A DNA stretch of 64,000 nt, taken from positions 6,855-70,854 of the forward strand of contig JACROV010000079.1 of NCBI GenBank assembly GCA_016214285.1. The letters are read 5' to 3'. The notes under the pieces were generated by a model. It ran no database searches. It was not told the DNA's origin and worked only from the letters and a program-made list of their open reading frames with translations. A program made the position numbers and the translations under genes. Shown one piece after another: positions 18,638 to 28,844 of the stretch (the stretch's first letter is position 1; each line of letters starts with the position of its first letter). Origin of the DNA: Candidatus Omnitrophota bacterium (lineage in GTDB: Bacteria; Omnitrophota; Gorgyraeia; Zapsychrales; Zapsychraceae).

Positions 18638-20154
18638 AGACTCCATTTTACGTCACAACTCCTATCTATTACGTCAACGATAATCCACACATCGGGCACG
18701 CGTACACGACGATCCTTGCTGATGTTTTGGCGCGTTACCACCGTAACGAGGGCGATGAAGTCTTTTTCCTGACGGGTCTGGATGAGCACGGGCAAAAGGT
18801 CCAGCAGGCGGCGCAGAAGCGTGGAGTTCCCGAGCAGCAGCATTGCGACGAGCTCGCGCCGCGGTTTTCCGACCTTTGGAAGAAGCTCGAGATCCAGAAC
18901 GACGATTTTATCCGCACCACCGAGCCGCGGCATATCAAGGCCGTCCAGGCCGCGCTGCAGAAAGTGTATGACGCGGGGGACGTTTATACGGATGAATACG
19001 AAGGCTGGTACTCGGTCGCTGAGGAACGGTTCATCACCGATACCGAGAAAGATTCCGGACATTTCCGCGACGTTAAAAAACTAAAGGAGCGCAATTATTT
19101 CTTCAAGATGAGCAAATATCAGCAAAAGCTCATCGACTATATCAACGCCCATCCGGAATTTATCCAGCCCGAACATCGCAAGAATGAGGTCTTGGGATTT
19201 TTACGCCAGCCGCTGGGGGACCTGTGCATCTCGCGTCCCAAATCGCGCATGGGCTGGGGCATCGAGATTCCTTTTGATAAAGAGTATGTCACCTATGTCT
19301 GGTTCGACGCGCTGATCAATTACATCACGGCATCGGGATATTTGGTAGATGAGAAAGAATTCAAGAAGTGGTGGCCGGCGTCGGTCCATTTGATCGGCAA
19401 AGACATTTTGACGACCCACGCGGTGTACTGGCCGACGATGCTTTTTTCATTGGGGCTGCCGCTGCCGAAAACCATCTTTGCCCACGGCTGGTGGCTCATC
19501 GGCGAAACGAAAATGAGCAAGTCGTTGGGGAATGTCGTTGATCCTTTAAGTTTGGTTGACCAATACGGCGTTGACCCGGTGCGCTATTACCTGATGCGCG
19601 AGATGGTCCTGGGGCAGGACGCCAATTTCACCATGGAATCGTTCATCAAACGCTACAACAGCGACCTGGCGAATGATTTCGGGAATCTTTTGAATCGTGT
19701 CAGTGGTCTTATTGGAAAATATTTTGACGGCTGCGTTCCCAAAGAAGGTCAGGCGTGGGCGCCGGATAAGGAGATCAGGAAGGTTGCCGACGGGCTGGCC
19801 AAGAATATCGAAGAGTTGATCAATGGCATGCGCGTCCACGAGGCCCTTGAACAGGTTTTGGTGTTGATCCGCAACACCAACGTGTATATGGAACACCAGG
19901 CGCCTTGGAAAGAGGCGAAAGAGAATTTGGAACGGGCGGGAACGATCCTTTATACAGCAACGGAGGCGCTGCGCGTCAGCGCGATTCTGCTTCTTCCGGT
20001 TATGCCCGCGAAGGCGAATACGGTTTTAGAGATTTTAGGAGCGGTGGGGACAGAGCCGTGCTGGGGGCAGCTCAAGGCCGGGGCAAAATTACAAAGCCAC
20101 GACGCGCTTTTCCCGCGATTAGACGCTGAAGGCAAGGTTATAACTAAGAGTTGA
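18634..20154 (+). CDS. metG: Methionine--tRNA ligase (short form)
   Basis: TTPIYYVN..HIGH, YVWFDAL, KMSKS. No C-terminal tRNA-binding domain and a reduced Cys-free knuckle. Confidence 0.97.
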   Translation: MKTPFYVTTPIYYVNDNPHIGHAYTTILADVLARYHRNEGDEVFFLTGLDEHGQKVQQAAQKRGVPEQQHCDELAPRFSDLWKKLEIQNDDFIRTTEPRHIKAVQAALQKVYDAGDVYTDEYEGWYSVAEERFITDTEKDSGHFRDVKKLKERNYFFKMSKYQQKLIDYINAHPEFIQPEHRKNEVLGFLRQPLGDLCISRPKSRMGWGIEIPFDKEYVTYVWFDALINYITASGYLVDEKEFKKWWPASVHLIGKDILTTHAVYWPTMLFSLGLPLPKTIFAHGWWLIGETKMSKSLGNVVDPLSLVDQYGVDPVRYYLMREMVLGQDANFTMESFIKRYNSDLANDFGNLLNRVSGLIGKYFDGCVPKEGQAWAPDKEIRKVADGLAKNIEELINGMRVHEALEQVLVLIRNTNVYMEHQAPWKEAKENLERAGTILYTATEALRVSAILLLPVMPAKANTVLEILGAVGTEPCWGQLKAGAKLQSHDALFPRLDAEGKVITKS

Positions 20155-20229
20155 GGTCACAAAGTCACCCGGTCACAACGTCACCAGTATTTTTTACCTG
20201 TGACTTTGTGTCTTTGTGACATGGTGACC
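20155..20229. repeat. Intergenic hairpin of GTCAC-based ~8-nt repeats
   Basis: Four GTCAC units followed by complementary GTGAC units. Confidence 0.7.
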
Positions 20230-20246
20230 ACTTCGAAAGTATTATT

Positions 20247-21329
20247 ATGTCTATTCAAACGATCAGTTGGGTCAACGGTCACGTCAAGCTCATCGACCAG
20301 ACCAAACTTCCCGGGAAATTGGTTTACATCCATTGCCGCGACGTCAAGACACTGTGGCAGGCGATCCGGCGTTTGAGTGTCCGCGGCGCGCCGGCCCTTG
20401 GCGTGGCGGCGGCGTTCGGAGTTTTACTGGGGATCAAATCTTTTTCCGGTTCCGGTTCCCGTTCCAGGAACCGGAACGACCGGAAACATTTTAGCAAGCA
20501 TGTGGATCAGATAAGCGATTATATCGCCGCCTCGCGCCCGACGGCGGTGAATCTTTTTAATGCTCTGGCGAGGATGAAACAGGTTGTCCATCGTCACCCT
20601 GACGCAAGCGTTGGCGGACTGAGAAATCTTTTGAAAAAAGAGGCGCTGGCCATTTATGAGGAAGACCGCAAGCTTTGCCGGCGGATGGGAACCTTTGGCG
20701 CGCGCCTTATCCCGTCGGGTGCCAACCTTTTGACCATCTGCAATGCCGGCGCGCTGGCGGCCGTCGATTACGGCACCGCGTTAGGTGTCATGTACAGCGC
20801 CAAGGCGAAGGGCAAGAAATTCCAGGTTTACGCGTGCGAAACGCGGCCGCTTTTGCAGGGCGCGCGGCTGACGGTGTGGGAACTCTTGCGTTCGGGCATT
20901 GATACGACGTTGATTTGCGACAACATGGCCGCAACGTTGATGAAGCAGGGCAAGGTTGACGGGGTTTTTACCGGCGCTGACCGCATCGCCGCTAACGGAG
21001 ACACGGCAAACAAAATCGGGACGTACAACCTGGCCGTTTTGGCCAAACATCACCGGATCCCTTTTTACGTGGTCGCTCCCCGGTCGAGTTTTGATCTCTC
21101 CATCAAAAACGGCCGGCAGATCCCGATCGAACAAAGAAGCAAGGAAGAGGTCCTGGGTTTTGGCGGCTGCCCGACGGCGCCGCGGCAGGTGAAGGTGTAC
21201 AATCCCGCCTTTGATGTGACGGACAACAGGTTGATTGCGGCGATTGTGACGGAGAAAGGAATCATCCGCCAGCCGTTTGTGAAAAATATAAAGAGGGTCT
21301 TTGAACGGAGAAACCATTCCGGCGAATAA
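20247..21329 (+). CDS. mtnA: S-methyl-5-thioribose-1-phosphate isomerase
   Basis: IDQTKLP, VRGAPA, SRPTAVNL, ETRPLLQGARLT, GADRI..NGDTANKIG, NPAFDVT. Confidence 0.96.
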   Translation: MSIQTISWVNGHVKLIDQTKLPGKLVYIHCRDVKTLWQAIRRLSVRGAPALGVAAAFGVLLGIKSFSGSGSRSRNRNDRKHFSKHVDQISDYIAASRPTAVNLFNALARMKQVVHRHPDASVGGLRNLLKKEALAIYEEDRKLCRRMGTFGARLIPSGANLLTICNAGALAAVDYGTALGVMYSAKAKGKKFQVYACETRPLLQGARLTVWELLRSGIDTTLICDNMAATLMKQGKVDGVFTGADRIAANGDTANKIGTYNLAVLAKHHRIPFYVVAPRSSFDLSIKNGRQIPIEQRSKEEVLGFGGCPTAPRQVKVYNPAFDVTDNRLIAAIVTEKGIIRQPFVKNIKRVFERRNHSGE

Positions 21330-21428
21330 GCCTTTCCGCCCAGATCCGCCATCGTTGTCATCCCGATCTCTCGTTCACTAAAACGTTCACTCAAGATTGG
21401 GATGACCGGTAACCTTTTGTTCGGGACA
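21304..21428. repeat. Structured element, copy C (3' module only, inverted relative to A and B)
   Basis: Matches the reverse complement of 36211-36336 and overlaps the mtnA stop codon. Confidence 0.75.
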
Positions 21429-21557
21429 GTTTAGGCGTGTGGTATCAGGCGGGTGACCCGGAAGCGGGTTCCCTGCCGCCCGCAGCGATAAGCGAGGACG
21501 GGAGGGTGCCGCAGGGGCAGGACCCGCCGGTGGATTGAGAATAGTTTTATTAAAATT

Positions 21558-22451
21558 ATGTCTCTACGACTTTCCCAACTCGGCGAGTTCGGCCTCATTG
21601 ATCTTCTCAGGAAATATAAGGGAAGCGGCGCGGGCGTCATCAAGGGCATCGGCGATGACACGGCCGTCGTGCCGCTGGACGCTAAACGGTATCTCTTGCT
21701 GACGACGGACATGCTGATGGAAGGCGTGCATTTCGAACGCAAGACGCCACCACGCTTGATTGGGCGCAAGGCCTTGGCATGCAGTATCAGCGATATCGCG
21801 GCGATGGGAGGCAGGCCGCGCTACGCGCTTGTGTCTTTGGGCGTCCCGGGGAGTTTGTCCTGGGCGTTTGTCCGTGATCTGTATAAAGGCATGGACGCGC
21901 TGGCGCGCAAATTCGGCGTTGCCGTCGTCGGCGGGGACACCGTTAAAAGCGCCAGGCTCGTGATCAATGTCGCTCTTACGGGTGAGGTTAACAAGACTGA
22001 CGTAGTTTATCGAAGCGGCGCCCGGCCGGGTGATCTGATCTTTGTAACAGGGCCGGTGGGAAAATCTTTGTCCACGGGCTGGCATCTGAAATTCGCCCCG
22101 CGCGTAAAACAAGCGCGGTATTTGGTTGAGCATATCAAACCGACATCCATGACCGATATCTCCGACGGGCTGGCGGCGGATCTGGGGCACATTCTGGAAG
22201 AGAGTAAGGTCGGCGCTGTTCTGGATGAGAAGAAAATCCCGCGGCGCGCCGGTGCTAATTTGCGCCAGGCGCTTTATGACGGGGAAGATTTCGAGCTTTT
22301 GTTTACAGTTCCTCGTCGCAAGGCCGCCTTATTAAGAAGGAACAAATTTTATCTCATTGGCGAGATCGTCCCATGGTCTAAGGGATTGTTATTACGGGAT
22401 AAAAACCAGCGGTTAACGAAGATTAATATTCAGGGATATACACACTTTTAA
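21558..22451 (+). CDS. thiL: Thiamine-monophosphate kinase
   Basis: GEFGLI, GIGDDTA, SDIAAMGG, GGDT, DISDGL, GEDFELL, GYTHF. Confidence 0.96.
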   Translation: MSLRLSQLGEFGLIDLLRKYKGSGAGVIKGIGDDTAVVPLDAKRYLLLTTDMLMEGVHFERKTPPRLIGRKALACSISDIAAMGGRPRYALVSLGVPGSLSWAFVRDLYKGMDALARKFGVAVVGGDTVKSARLVINVALTGEVNKTDVVYRSGARPGDLIFVTGPVGKSLSTGWHLKFAPRVKQARYLVEHIKPTSMTDISDGLAADLGHILEESKVGAVLDEKKIPRRAGANLRQALYDGEDFELLFTVPRRKAALLRRNKFYLIGEIVPWSKGLLLRDKNQRLTKINIQGYTHF

Positions 22452-22921
22452 TGAAAAGCGTCGCTATATTGTCGAAGAGTACGGATCAGACCATCAAGGT
22501 GGGCGAGCGGCTGGCCAAGCATTTGAAAAAAGGGGACATCGTGTGCCTTCAGGGCGATCTGGGCGCGGGCAAGACGACCTTCATTAAAGGCGTTGCTAAA
22601 GGCTTAAAGATCGCTCCGTCCAAGGTCAACAGCCCGACGTTCGTTCTGATGAACGCGTATCATGGGCGCCTGCCGCTTTACCATTTTGATCTTTACCGTC
22701 TCGAAGATACGGGAGAGATCGGGGCCATCGGATATGAGGAATTTTTGTATGGCGACGGAGTGTCGGTCATCGAATGGGCTGAACGTCTGGGGCCGCTGAC
22801 CCCGAAGGAATATTTGCGCGTTGAATTAAAACATAAAAGCGAAAATGAACGTTCGATCAAACTTGCGGCGGTTGGAGAAAAGTATTGTCGAATTACGAGA
22901 GGACTGGTTAATGGTAAATAG
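22451..22921 (+). CDS. tsaE: tRNA t6A biosynthesis ATPase TsaE
   Basis: GDLGAGKTT, SPTF, HFDLYRL, IEW. Confidence 0.96.
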   Translation: MKSVAILSKSTDQTIKVGERLAKHLKKGDIVCLQGDLGAGKTTFIKGVAKGLKIAPSKVNSPTFVLMNAYHGRLPLYHFDLYRLEDTGEIGAIGYEEFLYGDGVSVIEWAERLGPLTPKEYLRVELKHKSENERSIKLAAVGEKYCRITRGLVNGK

Positions 22922-22972
22922 TGAATGGTAAATGGGGCCATTTACTATCCACCATTAACTATTAACCGTTTT

Positions 22973-23716
22973 ATGAATATCTTAGCCATTGATACGTCCA
23001 GCAAGCATTTCAGCCTCGCGGTCGCGAAGGATGGGAAGACGCTGTGTTACCGCGGCATCTTGCTCAAAAAGGTTCTCTCCGATTCGATTATGCCCGCGAT
23101 TCAGGGGATATTAAAAAAGGCGGGGCTGACACTTGCCAAACTTGATGGGTTTGCCGTCGGGCTTGGGCCGGGGTCGTTTACCAGCCTGCGCGTCGGGCTT
23201 TCGACCGTCAAGGGGTCGGCCTTCGCGCTTAAAAAGCCGGTTGTGGGCGTTCCCAGCCTGGATGTCCTGGCGCTCGACATTACGGGTGACGGACAGGTTT
23301 GTGTTGTGTGCGATGCCAAACGAAATATGGTCTACGCCTGCCTTTATCAAAAGAAAGTAGACGTATTAAAAAGAAAGAGCAAATATTTGTTAACGGATAT
23401 TCAAAATGTGTTAAAACAAATAAAAGGCGATGTCACCTTTATCGGTGACGGCGTGCCGCTTTTTCGTGAGACAATTGAAAAGGCCGCTGGGATAAAAGCG
23501 CGCTTTGCCGGCGAAAAACAAATGTACCCGCAGGCCAAGCATCTGGCAGCCTTGACCTTGAAACGGTTTGAATCGAAAGAATACGACGCGGCGGAGAGTT
23601 TGGTTCCGTTGTACCTGTATCCCGAAGATTGCCAAGTGCAGAAGAGAAGTCCTTCGACAAGCTCAGGATCCCTCGAGAAGGAGTCCCGAGCGAAGTCGAG
23701 GAAAAAGTGGGAGTAG
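22973..23716 (+). CDS. tsaB: tRNA t6A biosynthesis protein TsaB (start ATG 22973)
   Basis: ILAIDTS, GPGSFTSLRVG, DAKR, PLY. C-terminal tail reads through a REP-like hairpin. Confidence 0.93.
   Translation: MNILAIDTSSKHFSLAVAKDGKTLCYRGILLKKVLSDSIMPAIQGILKKAGLTLAKLDGFAVGLGPGSFTSLRVGLSTVKGSAFALKKPVVGVPSLDVLALDITGDGQVCVVCDAKRNMVYACLYQKKVDVLKRKSKYLLTDIQNVLKQIKGDVTFIGDGVPLFRETIEKAAGIKARFAGEKQMYPQAKHLAALTLKRFESKEYDAAESLVPLYLYPEDCQVQKRSPSTSSGSLEKESRAKSRKKWE
23650..23702 (+). repeat. REP-like hairpin inside the tsaB 3' end
   Basis: CCTTCGACAAGCTCAGGA...TCCCGAGCGAAGTCGAGG imperfect inverted repeat. Confidence 0.55.
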
Positions 23717-23770
23717 AGAGTGGATAGTTATGATATACTTTGCTTAAGCAATTAAGAGCAAGGAGGAGCC

Positions 23771-23971
23771 ATGATAAAAATTAGAGAGTTGGAGAAGGGC
23801 GTGTTAAGCCTGCCGGATAAATACTTTGCCCGGTTCAGGGCCTGGTTTCATAAACTTGAGGCGGAAAGATGGGACAAGCAGTTTGAACAAGATGCCGCCT
23901 CCGGCAAACTGGAGCATCTGGCCGTCAAAGCACGCCAGGATTTCGCAAAAGGAAAATGTAAAGAGTTATGA
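23771..23971 (+). CDS. Putative antitoxin
   Basis: 66 aa with WDKQFEQDAASGKL motif. RBS aggagg. ATGA overlap with the toxin. Confidence 0.75.
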   Translation: MIKIRELEKGVLSLPDKYFARFRAWFHKLEAERWDKQFEQDAASGKLEHLAVKARQDFAKGKCKEL

Positions 23972-24222
23972 GGCATTTTGCCGATCCTTCTTTTTGGAAT
24001 TGTTATCGTAGACTCCCCAAGCATATACGGCAACTGGCCGACAAGAATTTTGTACTCCTCAAAGAAAATCCTCACCATACGTCCCTGCACTTGAAAAAAG
24101 TCCGTAAGTACTGGTCGGTCAGAATCGGCATCAAATATCGGGCTTTGGGCGTTGAAGTCGCGGGAGGAGTGGTGTGGTCCTGGATAGGCACGCATGCGGA
24201 GTATGGCAAGCTGGTGAAATAG
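23968..24222 (+). CDS. RelE/ParE-like toxin
   Basis: FW.CY..LP, NP.H.SL.LKKV, WSVRIG..YRALG, WIGTHAEY. Confidence 0.82.
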   Translation: MRHFADPSFWNCYRRLPKHIRQLADKNFVLLKENPHHTSLHLKKVRKYWSVRIGIKYRALGVEVAGGVVWSWIGTHAEYGKLVK

Positions 24223-24223
24223 C

Positions 24224-24253
24224 AATTCCCGCCCGTGGGCGGGAATTCGAATT
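24224..24253. repeat. Solo AATTC-N14-GAATT palindrome unit
   Basis: AATTC CCGCCCGTGGGCGG GAATT CGAATT, directly after the toxin stop codon. Confidence 0.75.
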
Positions 24254-24294
24254 AACGCCGGCCGATACCAATTGACAGAGGGCAAATTAAGAAA

Positions 24295-25446
24295 ATGAAT
24301 AAACATTTAACTTGGGCACAGATTGATTTAAGCGCCATCCGGCATAATTTTCGGGTGCTACAACGGCTGGCGGGAATACCCACGGCAACACCCGGTGTTG
24401 CCGCGGGTTCGGGGAAAGTGAAAATCCTCGCCGTCATCAAGGCGGACGCGTACGGCCACGGGATGCTGGTCGCGAAGGTTCTCGTTAAAGAGAAGGTGGA
24501 TTTTATCGGGCTATCGAATCTGACCGAAGGGATCGCTTTACGCGAGGCAGGCATCAAAACGCCGGTCCTTTTGTTTGAAACGACCCTCGCTGAACAAGCC
24601 CAAAATATTATTGACTACGAGCTGACCCCGACGATATGCACGCATGAATTGGCCGCGGCGTTGAACCGCTACGCGCAGAAACGTAAGCGCGTGGTGGATA
24701 TCCACGTCAAGGTCGATACCGGCATGGGGCGCCTGGGCGTCTGGCATGAAGAGGCTTTGGATTTTATAAAGAAATTAAGCCGTCTGCGGAATTTGCGGGT
24801 CCAGGGGATCTGCACCCATTTCCCGTCGGCGGATACGGACCAGGCGTTCACGCGCCGTCAGATCAGAGATCTGGAGAATTTAGTTTCGCGGCTTAAAGCC
24901 GGAGGGCTTCATGCTCTTTACGTCCACGCGGCCAACAGCATGGGGCTGGTTGGATATCCGAACAAGATTTTGAATCTCGCGCGGCCGGGATTGATGCTCT
25001 ACGGCCTGTATCCGCGTCCGGGATTGGAAGAGAAAGTCAATTTGCGCCCGGCGATGAGTATCCATTCGAAGATCATCTTTTTAAAGCGCATTGAAAAGGG
25101 AAGAAGCATCAGTTACGGCCGGACGTTTATCGCCTCGCGGCCTATGACGGTCGCGACCTTGCCGATCGGTTACAGCGATGGATATCTGCGCGGACTCTCC
25201 GGCAAGGCGGACGTTCTTGTCGGCGGCCAGCGTTGTCCGGTTCTGGGCCGTGTCACCATGGACCAGATCGTTGTTGATGTTTCCAAGATTAAAAATCCTC
25301 GGCTGGGGATGCCGGTTGTCATTTTAGGAAAGCAAGGGAAAGAGGAAGTCTGCGCTTATGAGCTCGCCCAACTCGTCCGTACGATCAATTACGAGATCGT
25401 CTGCAGCCTCGGGAGCCGCTTGCCGAGGTTGTATAAAAAAGCTTGA
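24295..25446 (+). CDS. alr: Alanine racemase
   Basis: AVIKADAYGHG, KVDTGMGRLG, RPGLMLYG, GYSDG, GRVTMDQ. Confidence 0.97.
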   Translation: MNKHLTWAQIDLSAIRHNFRVLQRLAGIPTATPGVAAGSGKVKILAVIKADAYGHGMLVAKVLVKEKVDFIGLSNLTEGIALREAGIKTPVLLFETTLAEQAQNIIDYELTPTICTHELAAALNRYAQKRKRVVDIHVKVDTGMGRLGVWHEEALDFIKKLSRLRNLRVQGICTHFPSADTDQAFTRRQIRDLENLVSRLKAGGLHALYVHAANSMGLVGYPNKILNLARPGLMLYGLYPRPGLEEKVNLRPAMSIHSKIIFLKRIEKGRSISYGRTFIASRPMTVATLPIGYSDGYLRGLSGKADVLVGGQRCPVLGRVTMDQIVVDVSKIKNPRLGMPVVILGKQGKEEVCAYELAQLVRTINYEIVCSLGSRLPRLYKKA

Positions 25447-25477
25447 TATTTCGATAGTATGCTATAATCTCTCCCGT

Positions 25478-25645
25478 CAAATCCGAAGCACGAAATTCGA
25501 AATACGAAACAATATCAAAATTCAAATAATTTAAATTCTAAACGGATGGTTTTAGTTATTGGAATTTTGAATTTATCATTTGTTTCGTGCTTTCCGCCAA
25601 AGGCGGATCAGCCTCTGGCTGACGAGATTCGGATTTCGGATTTAA
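25478..25645. repeat. Heptamer-based long hairpin (copy 2) with a nested 30-bp double hairpin
   Basis: Insert TCCGCC-AAA-GGCGGA TCAGCC-TCT-GGCTGA at 25593-25622. Confidence 0.8.
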
Positions 25646-27307
<1,662 letters not shown>

Positions 27308-27314
27308 ATGGCCT

Positions 27315-27384
27315 TAAGGGCAGTAAGGGGCAGTAAGGGCAGTAAGGGAACGGTGTGTTAGGAACGGTGTGTTAGGAACGGTGT
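27315..27384 (+). repeat. Two adjacent short tandem repeats
   Basis: TAAGGG(G)CAG x3.6, then GGAACGGTGTGTTA x2.7, ending at the -35 box. Confidence 0.85.
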
Positions 27385-27412
27385 TGACAACGGGTAGCAG
27401 AGCGTATATACT
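27384..27412 (+). promoter_or_regulatory. Sigma70 promoter
   Basis: TTGACA-17 bp-TATACT. Confidence 0.85.
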
Positions 27413-27437
27413 TATATTGTTTTAGTAAATATTTGAA

Positions 27438-27506
27438 AGTGGCGGCGTAGCTACTACAATTCAAAAGGCAATGGAGCCCTGAACCGGAAACGGTTCAGGG
27501 CTTTTT
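27438..27506 (+). promoter_or_regulatory. ANTAR-type dual-hexaloop leader overlapping an intrinsic terminator
   Basis: P1 AGTGGC-GGCGTA-GCTACT and P2 GGC-AATGGA-GCC. P2 overlaps terminator GCCCTGAACCG-GAAA-CGGTTCAGGGC-TTTTT. Confidence 0.75.
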
Positions 27507-27542
27507 CTGCGTCTTTTGGCGCAGGCAGATAACTTTCAACCC

Positions 27543-28391
27543 ATGACGATGAACACACGACAAGATCTTTTGATGGCCGATGAAGCGTTCTTGCGGGATT
27601 TCTTCGAGAACTCGCCGGTTGGGTTTCATGTCTTCGGGCCGGATAAGATCATCAGGGCGGTCAACCAGGCCGAGCTGGATATCCTGGGATACCGACGCGA
27701 GGAGATCATCGGACGCAAGAAATGGTCGGATTTGATCGTCCCCGAACAGCGCGCGCAGTTCGAGCGGCATTGGAAGGACATATCCACCATCGGCAGGGTG
27801 ACCAATTTGCGTTATACGTTGCAGACCAAGACAGGTGCCAAGGTCGATGTGATCCTCAATGCCTCGGCGCGTTTTAACCGCGCCGGTGAATTGCTCAATA
27901 CCCGTGGGACCATTTTGGATGTCCGGCATCTGAAGCAGGCGCGCCGTTCCGGGAAATCCGGCGTGCGCGAGAAAACGGTGCTGGAACAACACAATCAGGC
28001 GCTTAGCGTCCTGCTGGCCAATATTGAAGTCGAGAAGGAAACCCTGAAGAAAAATATCATGACCAATTTGGAACAGCTGATCCTGCCGGTTCTAAGAAAA
28101 CTTAAACGCCGCGGGAGCCAGCTGGACCAGCGCTATTTGGAACTTTTGGAGCGGAATTTCCTGGGGCTGACTTCCTCGCTCGGCATGAAATTGGTCAATC
28201 CGCGGTGGAAGTTGACTGCACGCGAGATCGAGGTCTGCGGCATGATCAAAAACGGCCTGGCCACCAAAACGATCGCCGACATGCTGTGCGTGTCGCAGCG
28301 CACCGTCGAGCACCACCGCAACCATATCCGTAAAAAACTTGGGGTAACCCGAATCGGGATCAATCTTAACAGCTATTTACAATCATTGTGA
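27543..28391 (+). CDS. PAS domain + LuxR-type HTH transcriptional regulator
   Basis: PAS (FENSPVG..VNQAE..LGYRREEIIG) and LTAREIEV..GL.TK.IA..L.VS.RTVEHHR. Confidence 0.88.
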   Translation: MTMNTRQDLLMADEAFLRDFFENSPVGFHVFGPDKIIRAVNQAELDILGYRREEIIGRKKWSDLIVPEQRAQFERHWKDISTIGRVTNLRYTLQTKTGAKVDVILNASARFNRAGELLNTRGTILDVRHLKQARRSGKSGVREKTVLEQHNQALSVLLANIEVEKETLKKNIMTNLEQLILPVLRKLKRRGSQLDQRYLELLERNFLGLTSSLGMKLVNPRWKLTAREIEVCGMIKNGLATKTIADMLCVSQRTVEHHRNHIRKKLGVTRIGINLNSYLQSL

Positions 28392-28569
28392 AGGGCTACC
28401 TATGGAACTAAGTATTTTATACGTGGTTAGCCGGAAACGTAAATTGCAGCGGATGATCATCCTCGTCGAGACCGCGAGCGATCACAGGCCCCCGGTGGGC
28501 GATTGGGGGCGCAGGATCGTATTCCTGTCGACGGAGAACGTGAGATTTGTCGGCATCGAGAAATAGGTA

Positions 28570-28844
28570 TTGACGCTCACGCGGGATGGGGTAAACTTGA
28601 AACGTAAGATCTTTGAGGGACGGCAAGGAAGCTTTCCTTCAAGAGAAGTTCGCCGGAGAAACTTTAGGACACAGAAGCCCTGAACCAGAACATGGTCCAG
28701 GGTTTTTTATTCGCCGCAGTGGCGGCGAATAACCCCCCAGCGCTTGATTTATCCCGAAATATCAAGATCTCCGGGATGAATCAGCTGGGGTGAGCATATA
28801 GGCGCAGAAGCCCAACATCTGTAATCAGATGTCGGGCTTTTTTT
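28570..28844 (+). promoter_or_regulatory. nirB leader: putative promoter, hexaloop hairpins and two tandem terminators
   Basis: TTGACG-16-TAAACT. Loops AAGGAA, ACAGAA, GCAGAA. Terminators at 28677-28708 and 28810-28844. Confidence 0.65.
28707..28793. repeat. ~85-bp two-hairpin element, copy 2
   Basis: Near-identical to 13981-14065. Confidence 0.8.

Noticed and set aside
21430-21557. TPP riboswitch upstream of thiL
   Set aside because: The conserved TPP aptamer motifs were not found.
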